64,000 nucleotides of DNA from a virus (taxonomy: Duplodnaviria > Caudoviricetes): positions 2,732 to 66,731 of IMG/VR virus record IMGVR_UViG_3300040811_000504. One strand, 5' to 3'. Under the pieces are notes generated by a model. The model did not search any database. It worked only from the letters and a program-made list of their open reading frames with translations, and had not been told where the DNA came from. Made by a program: the position numbers and the translations under genes. Each line of letters begins with the position of its first letter. Position 1 is the first letter of the stretch. This document shows, in pieces, positions 56,696-64,000 of the stretch.

Positions 56696-56784
56696 TGGTA
56701 CTCGGAGCGGGAATCGAACCCGCACGGCCATTACTGGCCATTGGATTTTAAGTCCAACGTGTCTACCTATTCCACCACCCGAGC
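56696..56784 (-). tRNA. tRNA-Leu(UAA), CCA encoded
   Basis: GCTCGGG TGGTGGAA TAGG TAGACAC; TTGGA-CTTAAAA-TCCAA; long variable arm; GGTTCGATTCC; ACCA. Confidence 0.96.
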
Positions 56785-56808
56785 TTCTTAAATATCAAAG
56801 AACTTTTA

Positions 56809-56840
56809 CAAATATACAAAATTAATTTCATATATCCAAA
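56809..56840 (-). promoter_or_regulatory. Bacteroidota consensus promoter of the tRNA operon
   Basis: TTTG-N20-TATATTTG, 25 nt upstream of tRNA-Leu. Confidence 0.8.
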
Positions 56841-56841
56841 T

Positions 56842-57324
56842 TTAATCCCACCATCCTCTGATGTTATGTGAGATGAATTCCCAAACTAATTTCTCAGCTC
56901 TCTTTTGTTTTTCCTGTGATTCCTTAAACAACTTATCGAATACCTTCTCTACATCAGATGAATCAGCTCTAAATTCCCACGCCTGTCTTAGATATGATGA
57001 ACCATCACCCTTACCAGTATCCTCAAACCAAAAATCTAAAATAGTAGAACCATACAGTTCTTTCATCTTAGTTTGATACTCACATCCATAGTCCTCATCA
57101 TAAACTTTTTGTAGAAGTTCAATAGCAGTTCGGATACGTTTAGCACGAATATCAGCATCAACAGTCATCACTTTATCAGATTCCATAAAATCAGCAGTAC
57201 GTTCTAATTGGTACTTAAACAAATTAATAGCATGAGAATAATCAAAATCATACCCCTTCCAAATGATAGGTAGGAAATCCCATACTCGTTTTAATCTACG
57301 AAAGAACCATTTTACATTTCTCAT
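56842..57324 (-). CDS. Conserved phage hypothetical protein
   Basis: In-strand ORF; W...D.DY N-terminus and WWD end. Confidence 0.65.
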   Translation of the reverse strand: MRNVKWFFRRLKRVWDFLPIIWKGYDFDYSHAINLFKYQLERTADFMESDKVMTVDADIRAKRIRTAIELLQKVYDEDYGCEYQTKMKELYGSTILDFWFEDTGKGDGSSYLRQAWEFRADSSDVEKVFDKLFKESQEKQKRAEKLVWEFISHNIRGWWD

Positions 57325-57551
57325 AAATCTAAGTTTATGTTATGTTCACTTATAATCTCACGAAGATGTTCTCTACACTTTTCGTAGGTTTCATATTTGT
57401 CCTCACTATATTCCTCATCGGGCATATATTTGTATTGTGCTCTCAACCATTGGTCCATATCCCACAATACGGAATGCATTTTAGAACCATTAACCGCTAA
57501 TTCAAATTCAGCGTTCTCTTCTGGTAAATTAAACTTTAAGGTAGCTTCCAT
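57321..57551 (-). CDS. Conserved phage hypothetical protein
   Basis: MEATLKFNLPEE...LWDMDQWLR. Confidence 0.65.
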   Translation of the reverse strand: MEATLKFNLPEENAEFELAVNGSKMHSVLWDMDQWLRAQYKYMPDEEYSEDKYETYEKCREHLREIISEHNINLDL

Positions 57552-57982
57552 AATTCGTAATTACTATTTTCTGTTTTAAACTTAACATAACCATCTCTCT
57601 CTTCTACAATCTCAGTAATGGTAGTTGTTTGCCAGGTGAAGTATTGACTGAATGGGGACATGATAAGTGAACGACCTACTGCAGGTGTATCATACTTATC
57701 CTTAAACCTACCCACTTCATCAAACTCAAGCCACATTACTTTATTTGATTCTTTAGTTAGTCCATCTCGTTCTCTAACTAACTTCCAATTGAATTCGTTT
57801 TCAATTACACCTTGTTCAACCGCAACCTTTAAGACACCATCTTCAGTTAATGTCATCGGTATTTTTGTTTGTTTTATCTTGCTCATATATTTAATATTTT
57901 GCTGTTCTTGTCGAATCTGATACTGGTCCTCTCCCTCTTGCGTTATGTTCATAACGTTTTTTCTTTTTATGTTCTTTAACAA
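57536..57982 (-). CDS. Hypothetical protein (true start probably downstream)
   Basis: In-strand ORF; FTWQTT.ITEI...F.T.NS.Y motif. Confidence 0.55.
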   Translation of the reverse strand: MLKNIKRKNVMNITQEGEDQYQIRQEQQNIKYMSKIKQTKIPMTLTEDGVLKVAVEQGVIENEFNWKLVRERDGLTKESNKVMWLEFDEVGRFKDKYDTPAVGRSLIMSPFSQYFTWQTTTITEIVEERDGYVKFKTENSNYELWKLP

Positions 57983-58063
57983 TACTATGTGTTGATAGTG
58001 ATACTATCGCAATTAAAGTTCCCCAAAATATACAAAAGAAACATTTACCATCCCAATAATAAT

Positions 58064-58228
58064 TCATAGTTCATTTTGGGAATCCTCTTTTCCAGACCGT
58101 CTGGCCAATTTTAATGAATACCCAACCAAACACCCACCAAAAAAAATTGATAGTAATGATGTTGTTGATGTAAACAATAACCCAATACACATTAGTATTA
58201 TTGCGTGTCCATATGTTGTTATTTTCAT
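58064..58228 (-). CDS. Small membrane protein (54 aa)
   Basis: Manual ORF MKITTYGHAIILMCIGLL... Confidence 0.45.
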   Translation of the reverse strand: MKITTYGHAIILMCIGLLFTSTTSLLSIFFGGCLVGYSLKLARRSGKEDSQNEL

Positions 58229-58232
58229 ATCT

Positions 58233-58439
58233 TTATAGTTCTCCTGCTTTAAGTTTATCTGATTCTATATCAGTAATCAACCATTTGATTCTTTCAGTTG
58301 CCATAGATGGACAATCATCCTCTAATAGATTTAGGATTTGGTTGAGGTTCTTTAGAACCAATCTCTTTGATACTAATGGGTTGGTTGCAGGTGTATATCC
58401 ACTTTCTACCCATTCTCTTACTTTATCTCTTAAACTCAT
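58233..58439 (-). CDS. Hypothetical protein
   Basis: In-strand ORF. Confidence 0.55.
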   Translation of the reverse strand: MSLRDKVREWVESGYTPATNPLVSKRLVLKNLNQILNLLEDDCPSMATERIKWLITDIESDKLKAGEL

Positions 58440-58443
58440 AACT

Positions 58444-58749
58444 TTATGCTGTTATCCAATCAATATCTTCTTCAAATCGGAAAGATTCAGCACCATCGTA
58501 TTCTTCAATGATGAATCTCGTACCCTCTTCAATCCAAGCTACTCTCAAATCTTGAACACCACCTGAGTAACCATCGGTCCAAGTCTTTTCTACAAAATCA
58601 ATTGCTTCTTGAACTTTTTGTTGTTCAACCAACTCAATCAAAGTTGGATTGAAGATTGCTTCAGTTGGGTAACCCCAAGTGTAGAATCCTGCTCCGTAAC
58701 CAGGTGAAATCAATACACCCACTTTTCCATCTTTAATTACTTTTTCCAT
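58444..58749 (-). CDS. Conserved phage hypothetical protein (start revised to MEKVI)
   Basis: SPGYGAG...IEEYDGAES motif; promoter directly upstream. Confidence 0.65.
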   Translation of the reverse strand: MEKVIKDGKVGVLISPGYGAGFYTWGYPTEAIFNPTLIELVEQQKVQEAIDFVEKTWTDGYSGGVQDLRVAWIEEGTRFIIEEYDGAESFRFEEDIDWITA

Positions 58750-58753
58750 AATA

Positions 58754-58785
58754 CAAATATACAAAATTTATTTTACAATTCCAAA
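58754..58785 (-). promoter_or_regulatory. Bacteroidota consensus promoter
   Basis: TTTG-N20-TATATTTG. Confidence 0.8.
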
Positions 58786-58786
58786 T

Positions 58787-59131
58787 TTAATCAAACCATT
58801 GTGAACGATGTGTTTTGATATTCTTAACATGCTTATCAGGTTCTTTCATATCCTTTTCAACCATCTTATCAATGATACGTTGTTGGTTTATCATATCACC
58901 CTCTTTACCAATCTTTTTTGCTGATTGAAACTCTTTATCCGTTAGTTGTTTACCTTGATGTGCAGCAGTTACGGCAGCATACCGTTTGGTGTGATATTCA
59001 CCTAGTGGTTTAGTGAATTGTTTTAGATGTTCAGCTTTCTGGTCTAAGTAATCTAAAAACGCATCAAAATCATCTTCACCTAATTTATTTAGTTGTTCTT
59101 CAGTCAATTCGTTATTTGGGTCGTACTTCAT
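58787..59131 (-). CDS. Hypothetical protein
   Basis: In-strand ORF. Confidence 0.6.
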   Translation of the reverse strand: MKYDPNNELTEEQLNKLGEDDFDAFLDYLDQKAEHLKQFTKPLGEYHTKRYAAVTAAHQGKQLTDKEFQSAKKIGKEGDMINQQRIIDKMVEKDMKEPDKHVKNIKTHRSQWFD

Positions 59132-59132
59132 A

Positions 59133-59334
59133 TTACTTTAATCCTTTAATTAGGTTTAATAAAAATTATTCGCCTAAGTCTTTTAAAACCATCTTTAAGA
59201 TATGTTTCTTTCCTTCCCATATATCTACTCTTTCATTATTGGGTTCTCTTTCTATAGCTTCTTCAAACAGTCTAATCATTCTTTTATAACTTTCAATATT
59301 TTCTTTGGTAACCATAATTTACTTTAATCCTTTA
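59133..59334 (-). repeat. 16-bp direct repeat TAAAGGATTAAAGTAA flanking a 49-aa ORF
   Basis: Exact copies at 59319-59334 (3' end of the upstream gene) and 59133-59148. Confidence 0.8.
59166..59315 (-). CDS. Small hypothetical protein (49 aa)
   Basis: Manual ORF MVTKENIESYKRMIRLFEEAIE... Confidence 0.55.
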   Translation of the reverse strand: MVTKENIESYKRMIRLFEEAIEREPNNERVDIWEGKKHILKMVLKDLGE

Positions 59335-59804
59335 GTTGTTTTTCTACCTAATTTAATTGCAAGTTCTGATGGTGTTGTTCCCATCTTACATTGTTTCTTA
59401 TACCACCAATACATATCTTCAGTAGTACCCTTACCACGTTGGCGTTCCATACACTTATCCCAAAGACACTTACCAAACTCAGATTCCAATTCTTTCTTTA
59501 GTTGATTCAATCGTATCTGTTCTTCTTCCCATGCCTTCTCTTCCAACTTCATTGCTTTGATTCGTTTCATCTTAGCGTGTTGGTGAGCTTCATGCTTCTT
59601 ATCATTGATATTCTGAATTAGAGATGTACGCATATATTCATCATACATCTTATCGTACATCTTATGATTATCTGCAGCTTCTTTATAGAAAGGTGAGTAT
59701 TCAAAATCACCATTACGAATCTTTAACAACAATGGTGCAGATGAGTATAGAGGTTTCTTACGGTACTTACCTGAGGTATACCAACGGAACGGATTGTATC
59801 CCAT
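59319..59804 (-). CDS. Conserved phage hypothetical protein
   Basis: YNPFRW...LLLKIRNGDF. Confidence 0.6.
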   Translation of the reverse strand: MGYNPFRWYTSGKYRKKPLYSSAPLLLKIRNGDFEYSPFYKEAADNHKMYDKMYDEYMRTSLIQNINDKKHEAHQHAKMKRIKAMKLEEKAWEEEQIRLNQLKKELESEFGKCLWDKCMERQRGKGTTEDMYWWYKKQCKMGTTPSELAIKLGRKTTKGLK

Positions 59805-60295
59805 TATACTAATTCTTTAATTCTTATTTTAATTGCGTTATAGTAATCTAAATCCCTTTGTTGTTGTCCTGATAAAGCAACACCTAGTTTTAGGTGCTTA
59901 GGGTATTCCTTAACGCCTTTATGTTCCATTCTTCTTTGTTCACTATCAAGGAACTTTAACTCTTCAAATTCTTCTGGTGCCATACTAGCGTTCAACTTAG
60001 ATTCTAACTTATCAATGAATTCATATGCTGATGTTTTACCACCCACATTCCATTGGGTGTTCTCAGTAATGGTGTATTCAACATCATATGTTTTCCAATC
60101 ATAGATAGTGAATACATTATCACCATCTACAATCACCCATTCTTTTTGAACCTTCTCATCACCGCTAGGTTCTGGTAGTGTTGGTTCTCCCATAAGGTTT
60201 ACTAAATCAGAATACGTCCATCCGAACAATGAACCAACCTTATAAGTACCACCGATAAGGTCTAATGCTTTTTTCTTACTAACTACTTTTCTCAT
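59804..60295 (-). CDS. Hypothetical protein (start revised to MRKVV)
   Basis: EW.......FTIYDWK...WNVGG motif. Confidence 0.6.
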   Translation of the reverse strand: MRKVVSKKKALDLIGGTYKVGSLFGWTYSDLVNLMGEPTLPEPSGDEKVQKEWVIVDGDNVFTIYDWKTYDVEYTITENTQWNVGGKTSAYEFIDKLESKLNASMAPEEFEELKFLDSEQRRMEHKGVKEYPKHLKLGVALSGQQQRDLDYYNAIKIRIKELV

Positions 60296-60313
60296 ATCTT
60301 TTCTTTTACAATT

Positions 60314-60369
60314 CAAAGATACAAAAAAGGTTTGGAATAACCAAACCTTAAATGTTAAATAATTGTTAA
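60314..60369 (-). promoter_or_regulatory. Promoter with tandem TTAACA box
   Basis: TTTG-N20-TATCTTTG; boxes at 60353-58 and 60364-69. Confidence 0.75.
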
Positions 60370-60376
60370 ATGTTTA

Positions 60377-60946
60377 TTAGTAATTCACATAATCATCTGG
60401 ATTCTTCTCTACATCTTCCAAAGTATTTTGGTATGCCTCTTTGTGGTCTAAAAGGACTTGATGTAAATCATTATGATATTCTTCTCTGAGTTCATCATTA
60501 TCCCAAAACTCTTCTACATTATATTCTTCGATATCAACCCACTCTACATCATCGTAATATTTAGAGGTAAAGTAAACACCTGCAAAGTTATAACCCTCAT
60601 CTTCAAAAGTATTATGAACCACAACATCTTCTTTGATTTGACGTAGGTTGTAAGCGAATCGCTCAATCCACCCATTAACCGGGTCCCATGCCGATACCAT
60701 CCGAACTACTTGTTCTTCATCGGAATCATCTTCGATAGAACCATATAACCACTTAGCACCACATTCTTCACAATACCAACCTCTATCATATTCTTCAGGT
60801 GCATCATTACCAAATACTCTCTTAGCTAGAGTTTCGGTATCAACTTCCCACTCACCTTCTTCAAGTTTGAATACACGTTGTACTTCTTTAAGAACTTCTT
60901 CATTTGAGTTCTCAATTGTAATATAATTTTCAATATGATTTGCCAT
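60377..60946 (-). CDS. YubB/DUF1281-like ferredoxin-fold protein
   Basis: MANH..N.ITI...W..E.CGAKW...SAW.P...FEDEG..FAG. Confidence 0.55.
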   Translation of the reverse strand: MANHIENYITIENSNEEVLKEVQRVFKLEEGEWEVDTETLAKRVFGNDAPEEYDRGWYCEECGAKWLYGSIEDDSDEEQVVRMVSAWDPVNGWIERFAYNLRQIKEDVVVHNTFEDEGYNFAGVYFTSKYYDDVEWVDIEEYNVEEFWDNDELREEYHNDLHQVLLDHKEAYQNTLEDVEKNPDDYVNY

Positions 60947-61314
60947 TAGTAATCTGTATTAAATTCTGCGTTAAACCCTGCGTACTTAGTGTACTCTTCA
61001 TCGATAACTCCACCTTCGATAATAATCTCATCACTCTTAGTTCGTGAATCAAACATCTCCTTAGTTGGATATTCTACAAATGTTTCATATAAAGAATCCA
61101 ATAGTTCATCAGAAAGGATACCTTCATTTGCTTCAATGTATTCTTCCGCTTCCCAATCAGATAAGTTATCTACAATGTACTCCCAAAAATCTTCAACTGT
61201 CTTACCCCCAAATGGTGGTTCTGCGTTTCTGAATTGTTCACTATCTAATGTGATGGGGTTTTCTGATACCTGTGTAATTGTGTAGGTAGTACGAGTTCTA
61301 AAATCTAACTTCAT
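60946..61314 (-). CDS. Acidic hypothetical protein
   Basis: In-strand ORF. Confidence 0.6.
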   Translation of the reverse strand: MKLDFRTRTTYTITQVSENPITLDSEQFRNAEPPFGGKTVEDFWEYIVDNLSDWEAEEYIEANEGILSDELLDSLYETFVEYPTKEMFDSRTKSDEIIIEGGVIDEEYTKYAGFNAEFNTDY

Positions 61315-61316
61315 AA

Positions 61317-61763
61317 TTAAATAATGTTATCGTTATATGTGTTCTTCCATTCAATCCAATTGGGTGTGGTATCATCCAATGTAGTGAATACCTGCCACCA
61401 TACAAAGAGTTTACGTTCAGACCAATCTTCATACTTATTTATCAAATCTTCGTAGTATTTGATTTGAGAATAAATTACATTCATCCGTTCTTCCAACTCT
61501 TCTGCTGCGGATTCCAAATCTCTTAACTTACGATTCAACCCTTCAGATGATACGCCATTTAAAGCAGACATAAGAATTGCATCCTTAATCTCAGATATCT
61601 CATTCTCCATCTTTTGGTGATGGATAAACATATCTTCATACTGAGGATTGAGTTTGTTTACCTTTTCAACGAACTCATCATAGTTTGATTGTAACTCACC
61701 ATCGGTAAGTTCAGATTGAAACTCTTTCCAAACCTTATTGTATTCTTTACTTTTCTTTGCCAT
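61317..61763 (-). CDS. Coiled-coil hypothetical protein
   Basis: In-strand ORF. Confidence 0.6.
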   Translation of the reverse strand: MAKKSKEYNKVWKEFQSELTDGELQSNYDEFVEKVNKLNPQYEDMFIHHQKMENEISEIKDAILMSALNGVSSEGLNRKLRDLESAAEELEERMNVIYSQIKYYEDLINKYEDWSERKLFVWWQVFTTLDDTTPNWIEWKNTYNDNII

Positions 61764-61911
61764 ATTCTTCTATAACTTTATGTATGTATTTAATACTATC
61801 AGATGGACCAATGAAAATCTCTACCTTATGATATAATTCCCAAATACGCTTCTCATCTAATTTTTCTAACTCTTCAATATCAGGAACGAATCTCTTACTC
61901 GGACCGCCCAT
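61747..61911 (-). CDS. Small hypothetical protein (54 aa)
   Basis: Manual ORF MGGPSKRFVPDI... Confidence 0.5.
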   Translation of the reverse strand: MGGPSKRFVPDIEELEKLDEKRIWELYHKVEIFIGPSDSIKYIHKVIEEYGKEK

Positions 61912-61912
61912 T

Positions 61913-62299
61913 TTATTTATCTCTATTCTTTAGATTGAACCAATTGGAAATGGATAGAGTGATACCACTAACCACCAACATACCACCAATGTATGCAAAC
62001 CCAATCCAATCACCAAAGATACTACTATTAGTAGTGATGTAAGATACAACACCACCTAATGATAGAATCCATATAAGAGGCCAAACAAATGTAGGTATTT
62101 TATCAACTACCTTCGATACCTTCTCTACTTTAGAATCATGCACTACTCTACTAAGAGCATCTTGCAGGTCTTTACCATACGCAGGAATCAATTCCGTTGT
62201 ACCATCTTCGTTGAGGATTTCAACCTCATACTTCATCCATTGGGGAAACGTTTCACTATCCTTCCGATAGGTTACGTTAATTACTTTACGCTTACTCAT
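61913..62299 (-). CDS. Two-TM hypothetical protein
   Basis: PAYGKD.QDAL motif followed by two hydrophobic helices. Confidence 0.6.
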   Translation of the reverse strand: MSKRKVINVTYRKDSETFPQWMKYEVEILNEDGTTELIPAYGKDLQDALSRVVHDSKVEKVSKVVDKIPTFVWPLIWILSLGGVVSYITTNSSIFGDWIGFAYIGGMLVVSGITLSISNWFNLKNRDK

Positions 62300-62326
62300 T
62301 ATACTATACTCAATGTTTATTTAATA

Positions 62327-62358
62327 CAAATATACAACTTATTTTTGATATATCCAAA
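62327..62358 (-). promoter_or_regulatory. Bacteroidota consensus promoter
   Basis: TTTG-N20-TATATTTG. Confidence 0.8.
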
Positions 62359-63039
62359 TTAAATTTCAAAAACATTTCCATGTGATGATAGTGTACCAAA
62401 CCTACCATCTTTTACTACTGAACCATTAGAGAAGATTGTATCCAATCCACTCAACTTCATTGTACCCTGATTGATGATATCTTCGTGATTATGTATGTGT
62501 CCAAACAAACACAACTTTGGGTTTACTTCCTTCACTCTATTCAGAAGAGATTTATCACCACATCGTTCGATACCACCATGTCTATCAGTAGATAAATCTA
62601 AGATACCTTTAGGTGGGCCGTGGTTGATTACAATATCAACATCTTCATCAATGATGTTTCTCCAAATTCTTTCTAACTTATTTCTATCTTTGTTGAACGC
62701 CCAACCATATCCAAATGTTGGGGTGTAGGGTGAACCGAAGATTTTCAATCCTTCAATGGTAACATCTTCGTTTTCTAAGTAGATGATATCATCTCGTTTA
62801 AAATCTTCTTTGGTTACTAATCGTTTTTCGATAGAAGTATCATGATTCCCTGCAACAAAAATCTTATATGGAATCTTTAGTGTACGATACCAATCAATAA
62901 ACCCTCTAACTTCAGGTTCATTATTATACGGGTCTCTTGGATTACTACAATCACCACTAAAAATAACCATATCAATATCGGTTGGAACTTCCAACAACCT
63001 ATGATAAGTGTGTGTATCTGATATATGCCAAATTCTCAT
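62359..63039 (-). CDS. Calcineurin-like metallophosphoesterase
   Basis: SDTH, GDCS, AGNHD, HGPP, GHIH. Confidence 0.9.
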   Translation of the reverse strand: MRIWHISDTHTYHRLLEVPTDIDMVIFSGDCSNPRDPYNNEPEVRGFIDWYRTLKIPYKIFVAGNHDTSIEKRLVTKEDFKRDDIIYLENEDVTIEGLKIFGSPYTPTFGYGWAFNKDRNKLERIWRNIIDEDVDIVINHGPPKGILDLSTDRHGGIERCGDKSLLNRVKEVNPKLCLFGHIHNHEDIINQGTMKLSGLDTIFSNGSVVKDGRFGTLSSHGNVFEI

Positions 63040-63040
63040 T

Positions 63041-63178
63041 TTATATTCTTATTACGATTTCCCATTTAAACCAACCAATGATAAGTTCTAAATCACCATT
63101 GAGTGTTCGGGTATGTGTCAACTTAATAAAGGGTAGGATATAAACCTGCCCCCATATACTACTTATTGATATTCTCAT
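63041..63178 (-). CDS. Small hypothetical protein (45 aa)
   Basis: Manual ORF MRISISSIWGQVYILPF... Confidence 0.5.
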   Translation of the reverse strand: MRISISSIWGQVYILPFIKLTHTRTLNGDLELIIGWFKWEIVIRI

Positions 63179-63261
63179 TCTTCTCTACTATCTTTTATGA
63201 TGATAAACAAACCTGTCAAAAGACAGGTAAGTAATAATATCATTATTGGAAACTCAATCAT
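63175..63261 (-). CDS. Small TM peptide (28 aa)
   Basis: MIEFPIMILLLTCLLTGLFIIIKDSREE*, starting at the ATG of a junction repeat. Confidence 0.45.
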   Translation of the reverse strand: MIEFPIMILLLTCLLTGLFIIIKDSREE

Positions 63262-63280
63262 CTCTCTTTGGTGTTAAAGG

Positions 63281-63508
63281 TTATTTAACTTCAATAAGTT
63301 CAGGTGTTTGAAACCAAAAATGAACAGGGTACTGCTCACCTAAATTGCTTGAAACTTCCCATTTGCCAGTTGGTACATCGTAAATACCTATACCAGTCAC
63401 CCAAGTATCATTAAATTGATTCCACATCTTTACAATACACTCAAAGGTGTTAGTGGGTAATTCATTTTTTACATCCTTGTACATAGTTTTTACTTCAATT
63501 GTTTTCAT
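63281..63508 (-). CDS. Hypothetical protein between junction repeats
   Basis: ORF track; starts at a repeat ATG. Confidence 0.6.
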   Translation of the reverse strand: MKTIEVKTMYKDVKNELPTNTFECIVKMWNQFNDTWVTGIGIYDVPTGKWEVSSNLGEQYPVHFWFQTPELIEVK

Positions 63509-63660
63509 TTCTCTTTGGTGTTAAAGGTTTCTATTTCTTTCTTATAGTTCTTGATGCATTCTTCCTCCATCAACTCTACCATTTTAGAGTAAGAGATTTC
63601 TCCTCTTGAGTGTTGCCATTCCAACTCTCTTACAAATCCTTGCTTTAAGTATTTACCCAT
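63505..63660 (-). CDS. Small hypothetical protein (51 aa) ending ...ETFNTKEK*
   Basis: Manual translation; the C-terminus is encoded by the repeat. Confidence 0.6.
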   Translation of the reverse strand: MGKYLKQGFVRELEWQHSRGEISYSKMVELMEEECIKNYKKEIETFNTKEK

Positions 63661-63664
63661 TGTT

Positions 63665-63925
63665 TTATTCTTCAAAATAGTTTATCATTTTTCCATTGCT
63701 GTCCATTAGACCAATACGAACAAGGTATTCTTTACCATCTTCTCTCAATAATCTACAGAATTGGTCATAGAGATTGTTTGTCTTTGGGTCGTAATAGCAC
63801 CACCAATAAGCATTGGTGTTAAAACACATAAAAGAATCTCTCTCCTTGTAGGTTATTACCGCATTCCCATCACCAAATGTAAATGCGTGAGTGCTGCCAT
63901 CTGCGAATTCATATTGTTGTTTCAT
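63665..63925 (-). CDS. Hypothetical protein starting at a repeat ATG
   Basis: ORF track. Confidence 0.6.
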   Translation of the reverse strand: MKQQYEFADGSTHAFTFGDGNAVITYKERDSFMCFNTNAYWWCYYDPKTNNLYDQFCRLLREDGKEYLVRIGLMDSNGKMINYFEE

Positions 63926-63937
63926 TTCTCTTTGGTG

Positions 63938-64000
63938 TTAAAGGTTTACCCATTTATATCCAAAACACAATCTCATCATAGTACGATGAAACCAATTTGG
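63938..64000 (-). CDS. 3' end of an ORF entering from the window edge (...GYKWVNL*)
   Basis: Open frame from 64000, stopping at the TAA within the repeat. Confidence 0.45.
   Translation of the reverse strand, partial: PNWFHRTMMRLCFGYKWVNL

Larger units (their letters stand above)
63259..63946 (-). repeat. 24-bp gene-junction repeat AACCTTTAACACCAAAGAGA(A/G)ATG, 3 copies
   Basis: 63259-63282, 63506-63529 and 63923-63946; each ends in the start codon of the next ORF. Confidence 0.92.

Noticed and set aside
56305-56791. Plus-strand ORFs 56305-56622 and 56510-56791
   Set aside because: They are antisense to tRNA-Arg, tRNA-Leu and the structured spacers.
157-62728. Numerous plus-strand ORFs in the track
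   Set aside because: All are antisense shadows of longer minus-strand genes or tRNAs, with no recognisable motifs or plus-strand promoters.
63259-63946. 24-bp repeats as a CRISPR array
   Set aside because: Spacers are 200-400 bp, unequal and protein-coding; no cas genes are present.
1-64000. Stop-codon recoding (alternative genetic code)
   Set aside because: Genes are full-length and densely packed in code 11, TAG and TGA are both used as stops, and no suppressor tRNA is present.

Overview
This is a 64 kb segment of a large, AT-rich, T4-like (contractile-tail) dsDNA phage, with essentially all genes on the minus strand. By coordinate it contains: portal and large terminase; a cluster of probable head-packaged proteins; a 2029-aa tail fibre; a fused Mre11/Rad50 (gp47-gp46) nuclease, primase and endonuclease I; a baseplate module (gp6-, gp25- and gp5-like); a gp55-like sigma factor; proteostasis genes (GroES, ClpP, Hsp20, MoxR/vWA); UvsE; a mgsA-thioesterase-thyA operon; five tRNA genes with interspersed structured RNAs; and a run of small accessory ORFs. 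At least 13 TTG-N20-TAnnTTTG-type promoters and a DUF4494-like gene point to a Bacteroidota host (inference). The most interesting signals are: (1) a 774-aa polyprotein whose modules are separated by a 16-bp DNA repeat encoding a prohead-protease-like site, ESVNE; (2) two tandem tRNA-Gly(UCC) genes with covarying stems but a rebuilt, non-canonical core, which look non-proteinogenic; (3) short gene-junction repeats (TFNTKEK element, duplicated thyA 3' end) suggesting cassette-style gene accretion; (4) a nucleotidyltransferase fused to an RNA-ligase-like domain through cleavage-like linkers; (5) a promoter class with a TTAACA-N5-TTAACA box at a fixed position. All family assignments come from motif recognition by eye; no searches were run.
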